From Desulfocapsa sulfexigens DSM 10523 (GTDB taxonomy: Bacteria > Desulfobacterota > Desulfobulbia > Desulfobulbales > Desulfocapsaceae), in the NCBI RefSeq assembly GCF_000341395.1, contig NC_020304.1, positions 3,300,001 through 3,332,000 of the forward strand: a stretch of 32,000 nt of DNA, given 5' to 3'. The notes beneath the pieces were generated by a model that saw only the letters and a program-made list of their open reading frames with translations, made no database searches and had not been told where the DNA came from. The position numbers and the translations under genes are program-made. This document shows, piece by piece, positions 17,637 to 25,827 of this stretch (within the stretch, counting starts at the first letter, position 1; every line of letters begins with the position of its first letter).

Positions 17637-20185
17637 TATATCTTCCTCATTTTGATGACAAAATCATGCGCCGCATGTCCGCCGACCAGGGGAGCGTGGT
17701 GATAGGGTGCGGAGTGATTCGGATTAAAGCCTGTCTTGGGCGCATTGCTGTAGAACTTGTTCAGATTCTTAAAAGCGCCGGGACCTGTACCATAGTAACT
17801 AAACATGGCGTCGGGGTGGACTAGTTCACTTAAAACAACCCTGGCCGTCTGTTCCAATGTGTTGTCTGGATTTCGTATGGATACCAGATCGCCATCGGCA
17901 AGCCTGAGAGACTTCCCCTTGGCCTTATTAATAAAAACAGCATCCCAGGAAATGGATTCACCGACATTGGCAAGCAGCCTGTTGTCCTTGGTCTGCTGGC
18001 CGGTAAAGGAGTTGAGCGGCGCAAATCCTGTAATGGGAATAAACTCATCTTGAGCCAGTTTGTCTCTGGTGGTCATCCAATTAGCAGGTTGCCAGACTGG
18101 CAGCGGACTTGCCACCAAAGCGTTACTGTCTCCTTTTGCCTCAAGTTCTGCGTACTCACTGGCAAGGAAGGTACTGAATATCTCCAACTTATGGGTCGGT
18201 GTTTTGGCTTTTGTTTTTGGAATCGGTGCTTTACCGTTCCAGATTCCATGTTGTTTCAAGTAGTCAACGGTGATTTTTTTCTTCTCATCGGCAGAGATTC
18301 CTTTGAGTCCTGCAAGCTGGGTTTCCCAGAGCAATTCAATACCACCATCTTCATAGGGTTTGAAATGAGTTGCGTATTCTTCGGCAGTTAAAAGCCTACG
18401 TGCCAGTTCCAAACTGATCCAGTAAGGATCCTTAGCATCAAAAAGAGGGTCAATGGCCTTCATGTTGATGGTCACACCAGGTACTTCAGACTTATATTTG
18501 CTGTTAATGGCCTCGTCACGTTCAACAAAGGTGGCATCCGGCAGGATGACGTCGGCATAAAGTGTCGTCTCATTGAAAAAGGGGGATATACAGAGGGTGA
18601 ATTCCAGCTTTTTCAAAGCCTCAACAATTTCGGTTCCTCCTGCTGATCCACCAAGCAGATTTGCACCATTAAAGACCATTGCCTTGATAGGGTAAGGCTT
18701 GTCAGTCAATAACGTCTCAACAGCCCTGTGACGATAGTAGTGGTCGTTGCCGAATCGGAAATTCGGATCATGCTTCATATAATATTTACTGATGGCTGCT
18801 GCTTTGGCCTTTGGCGGATGAATCAGTTTGCCGGTCTTGGGAGAATGGTTCCAGATGATTCCACCTTCCTGGCCAAATGCCCCGATAAGGGCGTTCATCA
18901 TGCCGATAACCTGAATCCCTTTAAAGGAATTAAAATAGCGTTCACTGCGATAGGTCGGATCGATAAAGGCATGGGGCCTGTTCTGCTCCAGTTCCTGGGC
19001 AACCTTTCGAATCTCGCCCGCCGGGACATCACTCTTCTTTTCGGCCCATTCCGGTGTATAGTTTTTAAGTTCCTGGGCTATCCTGTCCAGGGCAGTTACG
19101 GCCTTAAAGGTCTTGTCTGTAAACGTAACCTCATAGGTGCCGTTTAAAGCAGGATTTTTAGCGTCACTGGCAAATCGTACCTCCCCAGCAGCCCTATCAA
19201 AGACAAGATAGTCAAGGATTTTGACTTTTTTCCCCTTCTCCTCTTTCTCGATTTCCCTGACTCCGGCAGGCTGCAGAGTCTTGGCATCTACCAGCATGGG
19301 GGCATTGGTATGTTTGATGAGATATTCTGGCTCGTATGATTTGTTTTTTATGAGTTCATGAAAGAGACCGAGCATAAAGGCGAGATCAGATCCAGGCTTT
19401 ATTGGCAGCCAGTGAACATTGTCCTCACCTGCCTCAGAAGGTTTGCGCGGATCAACCACAGTCAACCTGAGTCCGTCTCGTTTCCCTTTACAAAAGTTCA
19501 TGGCCCATGGATAGCAGACCAGGCCGCCAGCTGGATTGCGCCCGGCAAGCACTCCGTACTTGGCTTTGGCAAAATTAATACTGACCTTGCTCGGGCTGCA
19601 GCCAGGCAGCCCTTTGCTGAAAGGCCCGCAAACCACTCCAAGACCAACGGCTCGGGAATTGGCCCAGCAGGTATCTGCGTATCCGGGAAAGTTGGGCGTA
19701 CCGTATACCTTGAAGACTTCATTATCCACCCCAGGTGCGCCGTGAAAACGAACGGCAACGGCCACCGCTTCGGGGGTTCCCTGGTCCCGATAGATTTTCA
19801 GCTTTGAGGCTACAAGATCCAGGGCTTCCGGCCAACTGGCCCTGCGGAACTTCCCTTCGCCTCTTTCACCTACCCGAATAAGTGGCGATTGAATACGGTT
19901 CGGATTATAAACCATACCTGCTACAGCCACAGATCGTCCACAGACCCCCGGCAAGACAGACTGAGGATTTGCTTCAATCCCTACGAGACGGCCATCCACC
20001 ACCCTGGCAAGGCCCGGACACTTCTGGGCACACATCCGACAATTAACAGGTACATGCTTTTCCATGCCGTAGGATGGCAGCTTCTCTGCTTGAGCGGGCT
20101 TGACATTTAATCCTGTGGCAACCAACGGACCAGCAAGTGCTAAGCCACCAAGCTTCAGAAAATCTCTTCTGTTTGTTTTTTTCAT
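17636..20185 (-). CDS. Tat-exported molybdopterin oxidoreductase catalytic subunit (Phs/Psr/Arr-Arx-type superfamily; substrate not assignable from sequence alone)
   Basis: 849 aa; Tat-like signal MKKTNRRDFLKLGGLALAGP, Fe-S motif CRMCAQKCPG, GTPNFPGYADTCWANSRA region, and C-terminal molydopterin-binding region. Confidence 0.92.
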   Translation of the reverse strand: MKKTNRRDFLKLGGLALAGPLVATGLNVKPAQAEKLPSYGMEKHVPVNCRMCAQKCPGLARVVDGRLVGIEANPQSVLPGVCGRSVAVAGMVYNPNRIQSPLIRVGERGEGKFRRASWPEALDLVASKLKIYRDQGTPEAVAVAVRFHGAPGVDNEVFKVYGTPNFPGYADTCWANSRAVGLGVVCGPFSKGLPGCSPSKVSINFAKAKYGVLAGRNPAGGLVCYPWAMNFCKGKRDGLRLTVVDPRKPSEAGEDNVHWLPIKPGSDLAFMLGLFHELIKNKSYEPEYLIKHTNAPMLVDAKTLQPAGVREIEKEEKGKKVKILDYLVFDRAAGEVRFASDAKNPALNGTYEVTFTDKTFKAVTALDRIAQELKNYTPEWAEKKSDVPAGEIRKVAQELEQNRPHAFIDPTYRSERYFNSFKGIQVIGMMNALIGAFGQEGGIIWNHSPKTGKLIHPPKAKAAAISKYYMKHDPNFRFGNDHYYRHRAVETLLTDKPYPIKAMVFNGANLLGGSAGGTEIVEALKKLEFTLCISPFFNETTLYADVILPDATFVERDEAINSKYKSEVPGVTINMKAIDPLFDAKDPYWISLELARRLLTAEEYATHFKPYEDGGIELLWETQLAGLKGISADEKKKITVDYLKQHGIWNGKAPIPKTKAKTPTHKLEIFSTFLASEYAELEAKGDSNALVASPLPVWQPANWMTTRDKLAQDEFIPITGFAPLNSFTGQQTKDNRLLANVGESISWDAVFINKAKGKSLRLADGDLVSIRNPDNTLEQTARVVLSELVHPDAMFSYYGTGPGAFKNLNKFYSNAPKTGFNPNHSAPYHHAPLVGGHAAHDFVIKMRKI

Positions 20186-20325
20186 ACCTCTACTCTCCTA
20201 AAGAATCATCGTAAGATCACACAAAATCGTATCTATACTTGACTAGACACATGATAAATACTCCATAAAACCGAGACTACATGGCTGATTTGGAGCAATA
20301 CAGTGATGTATATAGAGAAGAACAA

Positions 20326-20341
20326 GGCAATAAGCAGGCCA
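20326..20341 (-). promoter_or_regulatory. Candidate sigma54 (-24/-12) promoter for the molybdoenzyme operon
   Basis: Minus strand TGGCCTGCTTATTGCC has GG-N10-GC spacing and resembles TGGCACG-N4-TTGC. It lies about 140 bp upstream of the catalytic-subunit ATG. Confidence 0.5.
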
Positions 20342-20456
20342 TTACCTGCTCTTTATTGAATATTTTTTAAAAAGCTGAGATAGTATCAATATGTTAGTAT
20401 GTTACAAACGAAATGGGTGCGGTTAGAAAAACCTTGAGAGGTTTGGTATGCTGAGG

Positions 20457-20498
20457 ATGTTCCTTACTGGGAACATGAATGCTCCCGACAAGGAACAT
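20457..20498. promoter_or_regulatory. Candidate upstream activator-binding region (palindrome plus extra half-site)
   Basis: Perfect inverted repeat ATGTTCC-TTACTG-GGAACAT (20457-20476) with a third GGAACAT copy at 20492-20498, about 115-160 bp upstream of the candidate -24 element. Confidence 0.4.
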
Positions 20499-20714
20499 AC
20501 ATATTTGGGGGCTGCCTGGCAGCCGCGGGAGGGGAAAAGGACTTCTTCTTGCGAATAACACTTGAGGATAGATAAGGGAAATCCCAACTTTTATTCCCTC
20601 CAGCCTCAACTGGAATTTTCTCCACTAAGTGTCGAGTGAAGTTCCAGCGGATCAAGTTAGAAGTACTATAATTTAGAGTATCAGAAAGTGAGCAACTGAG
20701 TTCAACAGCGCTTC

Positions 20715-22139
20715 TTATTTGTTATCCTCCAAGCGTTTTATTGTTTCCTGCATTTTCTTTATTTCCCCCCTATGTTCCTTATCCAGTCCTGGATCTTTAT
20801 CTGCAATTGTGAAATTATGTGCAGCCAGTTTTAAACGACCTTCATACAGGTTGTATTTTCCAAGAAAGAAAGCGGAATTACCTTTCTCACCCTTGGCAGC
20901 CTTGAGCTTGCCAAGTTCAAAATATACTTTGGAATAGGTGGGCATCTCCCCCTTTACTTCTTGTAGATATTTTTCTGCATTATCAAGGTCTTTATACTGC
21001 AGCCAGACTCGGGCCATCTGAAAAGCAGCCCACATATCATGACTATTACTCTCATAGGCCTTCTGGATGAGAGCCAATGCACTCTCTTTATTACCTGCCT
21101 CTAACTCGACTAGACCTAAATCCACTAAAAGGATAGATTGTTGAGGATAAAAATCAATAACCTCTTGAAGCAGTTTTTTGCTGGATTCATAATTGTTTTC
21201 CATTCTATCCAGCTGTGACAAACCATAACGAACCATAACCCTTTCACTTTTACTGAGTGACGACGATGCAAGAGAACTGAGAAGAAGATTTCTCAGATTT
21301 TTTCCGTCATTTACTAACGACAGAATCCGGTATTTCATGCGAAGAAAGGCAAAATCATCTGTTTCCGGGAAGGATTTCAGTTCCTTTTCTTCGAAGAAAA
21401 TCAGTGACTGAACATAATCGAGACGTTCATCTGGATAGGGATGGGTCAGGAGGTACTGGGGAACAGCATTCCCCATTGTATACCGATTGATACGCCGCAT
21501 TTCCTGAAGCATGGCTTCCTGGCCCACGGGATGGCGACCCATTTTTTTCATCCAGTCATAGGCCAGTCTGTCAGCCTCTTCTTCATGTTTGCGACTGAAA
21601 TGGAGATTTGCAGCTTGCCCGGCCGCCAATGATCCAGTTAATAAGGCGTGACTAAGCGCACCGGCACCCAATGCAAGGCTTGCAACAGCGAGTAAGGTTG
21701 AAGCAACACCAACTTTCATTCCCTGATCCATTCCTTTTGCAATATGGCGGGAAACAACATGACCAATTTCATGAGCCAATACCGAAACAAGCTCATCTTC
21801 ATGATTCATTTTTTCAATAAGACCAGAATAAAAAAATACTAAGCCAGATGGGGCTGCAAAAGCGTTAAACTGTGGGGAGGCAATAATGTTGAAATGGTAA
21901 TTAAAGTATTGAATTCCAGCGACATCCACAACTTCACTACCCAACTCATTGATATATTGCGAGATATCAGGATCGTCAAGTAATGGGAAAGCAAGTCTTA
22001 TCTGATACAGTAACTGCTCTCCAAGTTCTCTCTCCTCTCCGACCGTTAGAGCCATACTCCTGCTAATACAGTTTGCCTGTAAAAAGCTTACAATCAGAAA
22101 ACTGATAAAGAATCGATACAAAAAAGATTTTTTTCTCAT
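20715..22139 (-). CDS. M48-family periplasmic metalloprotease with TPR repeats (BepA/YfgC-like)
   Basis: 474 aa; signal peptide, HEDELVSVLAHEIGHVVSRH (HExxH), EEEADRLAYDWMKKMG, C-terminal TPR-like repeats. Confidence 0.9.
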   Translation of the reverse strand: MRKKSFLYRFFISFLIVSFLQANCISRSMALTVGEERELGEQLLYQIRLAFPLLDDPDISQYINELGSEVVDVAGIQYFNYHFNIIASPQFNAFAAPSGLVFFYSGLIEKMNHEDELVSVLAHEIGHVVSRHIAKGMDQGMKVGVASTLLAVASLALGAGALSHALLTGSLAAGQAANLHFSRKHEEEADRLAYDWMKKMGRHPVGQEAMLQEMRRINRYTMGNAVPQYLLTHPYPDERLDYVQSLIFFEEKELKSFPETDDFAFLRMKYRILSLVNDGKNLRNLLLSSLASSSLSKSERVMVRYGLSQLDRMENNYESSKKLLQEVIDFYPQQSILLVDLGLVELEAGNKESALALIQKAYESNSHDMWAAFQMARVWLQYKDLDNAEKYLQEVKGEMPTYSKVYFELGKLKAAKGEKGNSAFFLGKYNLYEGRLKLAAHNFTIADKDPGLDKEHRGEIKKMQETIKRLEDNK

Positions 22140-22156
22140 AATTCCACAAACTCCCT

Positions 22157-23152
22157 TTAAGCTGAATAGGTGTTTAGCAGACGTTTCATACCGTCCTCAG
22201 TACTGACACGCGGTCTGTAACCTAGGTCGTTTTTTGCCAGTTCTATCGAAAAATAATGCGATTTTGCAAGTTGCTCCGCTAAAAATCGTGTCATTACTGG
22301 CTCTTTATGGTTTGCAAAAAGATGATGCCATCCTTCAAGAAAAACTCCAGCACTGTAAGCCAGGCGAAAAGAAACCTGGGATCGTATCTCAGGAATATTC
22401 ATTCTAAGAAACAGTTCGTCTATCCATTGCCAGAGGTTAACAGGGGTTCCCTGGTTAATGAAATAGGCCTTCCCAGATGCCGTTTGGCTTGACTCTAAAT
22501 TATCGGCAGCCAATATATGAGCCTCAGCTACATTTTCAACATAACTGATATCAACAATATTGGTACATGTACCAACTTTTCTAAGTTGTTTTTTTCTGCC
22601 CCTGTCCAACAATCGTGGGATCAGATGAGGGTCACCAGGGCCCCAGACAAGATGAGGTCGTATGGCGCAGGTGTGAAAGTTTTCTTCTTTAGAACCACTT
22701 GCAAGTACATACTTTTCCGCAAGAATTTTACTTTTGGCGTAATTACAGAGTGGTTTTGTGGCATAGGGAAGCTTCTCATTACCATTTATAATATCATCAC
22801 CGTTAAAAACAACGGAAGGGGTGGAGGTGTAGACCATCCGTCTAACATTGTTCGCCTTACAGGCCTGTATAACATTTTCGGTTCCAAGGACATTGATTCT
22901 ATAATAATCCTGCCATTTCCCCCAAATTCCAGCCAATGCAGCTACATGAAAAACGGTATCAATACCTCGTACCTGTTTTTCCATAAAAGACTTGTCACAA
23001 ATATCTCCAATAACACAGGTAACACCAAGTAACTCTATTGCAGGATAGGGATTGCGACCAATAACCAGAGGTTCCACATTTCGAGCGAGAAGTTGTTTAA
23101 CAATATGACTCCCGACAAATCCACCTCCTCCGGTGACAAGGGCTCTTTTCAT
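22157..23152 (-). CDS. oleD: OleD-like NAD(P)-dependent 2-alkyl-3-oxoalkanoate reductase (SDR/3-beta-HSD family)
   Basis: 331 aa; VTGGGGFVGSHIVKQLL, YTSTPSVVF, YAKSKILAEKYVL, adjacent to OleC- and OleB-like genes. Confidence 0.8.
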   Translation of the reverse strand: MKRALVTGGGGFVGSHIVKQLLARNVEPLVIGRNPYPAIELLGVTCVIGDICDKSFMEKQVRGIDTVFHVAALAGIWGKWQDYYRINVLGTENVIQACKANNVRRMVYTSTPSVVFNGDDIINGNEKLPYATKPLCNYAKSKILAEKYVLASGSKEENFHTCAIRPHLVWGPGDPHLIPRLLDRGRKKQLRKVGTCTNIVDISYVENVAEAHILAADNLESSQTASGKAYFINQGTPVNLWQWIDELFLRMNIPEIRSQVSFRLAYSAGVFLEGWHHLFANHKEPVMTRFLAEQLAKSHYFSIELAKNDLGYRPRVSTEDGMKRLLNTYSA

Positions 23153-24789
23153 ATCAGTCCCTTAAGTTCTTCTGCAGCCCAGATGCTGAGTTTTTCACGA
23201 TATATTTTGGCATTATGACGAATATCTACGGGAAAGTCAGGGTGAACAAGATAGTATTGAATTGAGGTAGTTAATGGTTCATCCTTACCCATTTTTTTCA
23301 CCTCTGCAATCAATTGATCTGTTGTTCTGGTGAATCCTTTTTCTGGTTCTACCACCATCACCGCAACAATTTGTTTTGCACTCCCCATAACTCCAACAAG
23401 TGCAGATCGAAAGACATCAGGATGATTATTGAAAATTGCCTCACAGGGAATAGTATAAAGAGTTTCAGTTATATTTTTCGATTCTAGCACCACACGATGA
23501 GCACGTCTACCGCAAAACCAGAGTCGTCCTTCTTCATCGAGGTAACCCACATCTCCCATACGGTGCCAGAATCTCTTCCCATCAGGAATCTTTGCCATGC
23601 TGTCTTCATTTTTATTGTTTTCATACCCACGCGTTACTACATCTCCGCTAACTATTATTTCACCAATAACACCAGGAAGCAAAAAATCTCGGTGCTGAAA
23701 AGTAGGGATGACTGTATCAGATATAGGAAGAATGGCTATTTCAATTCCTGGCAAAGGTCTGCCGACACAGGTCCCCTTTCCTGCTCTTGTATGTTGCCAG
23801 GTAGTTTCCGTTATTTCTCTTCCTTCAATGGAGACAATCGGTAAACTTTCTGTTGCACCATACGGGGTATGGATATTGGCATCAGGAGAAAGAACATCCT
23901 GCATTCGTGCAATAAGTTCCCCAGAAACAGGAGCACCAGCCATCAATACCTTGTCGAGAGTTTTTATTCTCCTATCCCCCTTGCTACAATACCTGGATAT
24001 AACATTCCAGATTGCAGGGGAACCAAAGGAGTAAGTAACACCATATTTTTCGATGGACTCGACAAATCGTTGAGGATTGACCTTTGCCGGTTGGGTTGGA
24101 TCCATATCAGGAATTACAGCCGTGGCACCAAGAGCTGTTGAAAAAAGGGCAAAAAGAGGAAAAGCAGGTTGATCAACCTGACCAGGGCCTATACCATAAT
24201 AGTCGCGGATAAGGCGAAGCTGTGCCTCAAATATTGAATGTTCATAGCGAACGCCCTTAGGGGGGCCTGTCGAACCTGTAGTAAAAATAATTGCAGCGAG
24301 GTCATCCTCTGCAGCCTTATAACTGTGATACGCACCGTAGTCGCGATCAGCAGCTTGTGAGATGTCTTTTCCAAAGAGTCCCAACGAATTTCCAAGGCAT
24401 AGAGAATATTTGACAGTTGCAAATGGTTTTCTGAACAGAATTCTAAAGAAATGGGCCTTGGGAATACCGATAAACGCAAGCGGTCTAACACCTTCAATAC
24501 AGCGCAAAAGATTTTTATAGCCCATTCCTGGATCAATAAGAATCACAGGGGCGCCAATTTTAAAGAGCGCGAAGGTCAAACAGATAAAATCTGCAGATGG
24601 CTTTACCATCAGCATGACACGTGTGCCAGGTTTAATCCCTTTCTTTTCCAGCAGATGCGCATAGGAATCAGACCTTGTGGCAAGCTCTCTAAAGGACATT
24701 TCCCTGCCGCTTACAGCTTCGATCAAACCAGTCTGTTCACCAAGAAGTGCAGCGCTTTTGGTCAAGGTATGAGCAATATTATGGTTCAC
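23149..24789 (-). CDS. oleC: OleC-like AMP-binding enzyme (beta-lactone synthetase type)
   Basis: 546 aa; IIFTTGSTGPPKGVRYEH, GATESLPI, GDVGYLDEEGRLWFCGRRAHRV; within an oleB-oleC-oleD gene order. Confidence 0.82.
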   Translation of the reverse strand: MNHNIAHTLTKSAALLGEQTGLIEAVSGREMSFRELATRSDSYAHLLEKKGIKPGTRVMLMVKPSADFICLTFALFKIGAPVILIDPGMGYKNLLRCIEGVRPLAFIGIPKAHFFRILFRKPFATVKYSLCLGNSLGLFGKDISQAADRDYGAYHSYKAAEDDLAAIIFTTGSTGPPKGVRYEHSIFEAQLRLIRDYYGIGPGQVDQPAFPLFALFSTALGATAVIPDMDPTQPAKVNPQRFVESIEKYGVTYSFGSPAIWNVISRYCSKGDRRIKTLDKVLMAGAPVSGELIARMQDVLSPDANIHTPYGATESLPIVSIEGREITETTWQHTRAGKGTCVGRPLPGIEIAILPISDTVIPTFQHRDFLLPGVIGEIIVSGDVVTRGYENNKNEDSMAKIPDGKRFWHRMGDVGYLDEEGRLWFCGRRAHRVVLESKNITETLYTIPCEAIFNNHPDVFRSALVGVMGSAKQIVAVMVVEPEKGFTRTTDQLIAEVKKMGKDEPLTTSIQYYLVHPDFPVDIRHNAKIYREKLSIWAAEELKGLI

Positions 24790-25655
24790 CCCTCACTCCC
24801 GAAAAATCGAAGAGCAAGAGGAGCAATTTGTTCAAATGCGTCTTCAAGAATATAATGGCCGCCCTCGGGATAATAATGAGTTTCTGCCTGTGGAAAGCGC
24901 TGGCACCATTCGTCATAAAAATGCCTGTTAAAACAAAAATCTTTTCCACCCCAGCATATAAGCAAGGGAAGTCCAGCTTTCTGGAATTTTTCCAATCCAT
25001 TTTCAACATCAACCAATGTCTGGTAAGACGGGTGGTGAGGAGTAAGAGGAATATCCCTAACAAAAGCCGAAACTGCTACTCTGTTTTGCCATGAATCATA
25101 TGGTGCCAGATACGCACTAGCTGTATTCTTCTCCAACTTTTTTGTGACAGCCATCCATACAGCAGGCCTGGCAAAACCATTGAAAGCACGAACAAGCACT
25201 TCACCAATAAGAGGCCAGCGACAAACGCTGATACGAAAAGGGATACGCCTGGATCGAAAAGCTGCTGTGTTCAGAACCATGGCTTTCTGTAGTGAAGCCG
25301 TTCTTTTTGCAGCAACACCCATCCCTATAGCTCCACCCCAATCGTGAACAACAAGAGAGAATAATTGTATATCAAGATGAGTGAGAAGTGCATCGAGATT
25401 ATTGATATGATTTTGAAGGCAATAGTTATAGTCCTGAGGTTTGTCGGAGAGACCGCAACCAAGATGATCGATGACGATGACACGATGATTCTGTGCCAGA
25501 AGAGTTATCAGACGGCGGTAATAAAAGGACCAGGTAGGATTTCCATGTACCATGACAATAACGTCACCATGGCCTTCATCGACAAAGTGAATCCGGTACT
25601 TGCCTCTGGAAAAAAAATGCGATTGAAAGGGATAGTCAGGATACACGATATTCAT
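24786..25655 (-). CDS. oleB: OleB-like alpha/beta hydrolase (haloalkane-dehalogenase-like, beta-lactone decarboxylase type)
   Basis: 289 aa; MVHGNPTWSFYYRRLI, DHLGCGLSDKP, LVVHDWGGAIGMGVA, ICWGGKDFCFN, EGGHYILEDA. Confidence 0.82.
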   Translation of the reverse strand: MNIVYPDYPFQSHFFSRGKYRIHFVDEGHGDVIVMVHGNPTWSFYYRRLITLLAQNHRVIVIDHLGCGLSDKPQDYNYCLQNHINNLDALLTHLDIQLFSLVVHDWGGAIGMGVAAKRTASLQKAMVLNTAAFRSRRIPFRISVCRWPLIGEVLVRAFNGFARPAVWMAVTKKLEKNTASAYLAPYDSWQNRVAVSAFVRDIPLTPHHPSYQTLVDVENGLEKFQKAGLPLLICWGGKDFCFNRHFYDEWCQRFPQAETHYYPEGGHYILEDAFEQIAPLALRFFGSEG

Positions 25656-25827
25656 TGTTTAAGTTAAATTATTAAGGTTGCTGAAACTTAGGCTTACACG
25701 CGAATTGTGTCAACTCTTTTCAAAACAAGGACTGGCTATTTACTTGCCCGGTGAACGATTTCCTGTATAATGGTTCGAATTTAGCCCACATTCACATTTA
25801 CTCAATCCATGGTGTCTGGTTTACCCT

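Noticed and set aside
17805-19807. Several + strand ORFs (82, 113, 139 and 149 aa) opposite the molybdoenzyme gene
   Set aside because: All are antisense to a strongly coding, fully annotated 849-aa frame; shadow ORFs.
20510-20524. GGCTGCCTGGCAGCC palindrome as a Rho-independent terminator
   Set aside because: Perfect 7-bp arms but a 1-nt centre that cannot form a normal loop, and no following T-run on either strand.
20394-20655. Two minus-strand ORFs (71 and 63 aa) upstream of the molybdoenzyme gene
   Set aside because: They overlap each other in different frames, have no recognisable motifs, and lie over the probable regulatory palindromes.
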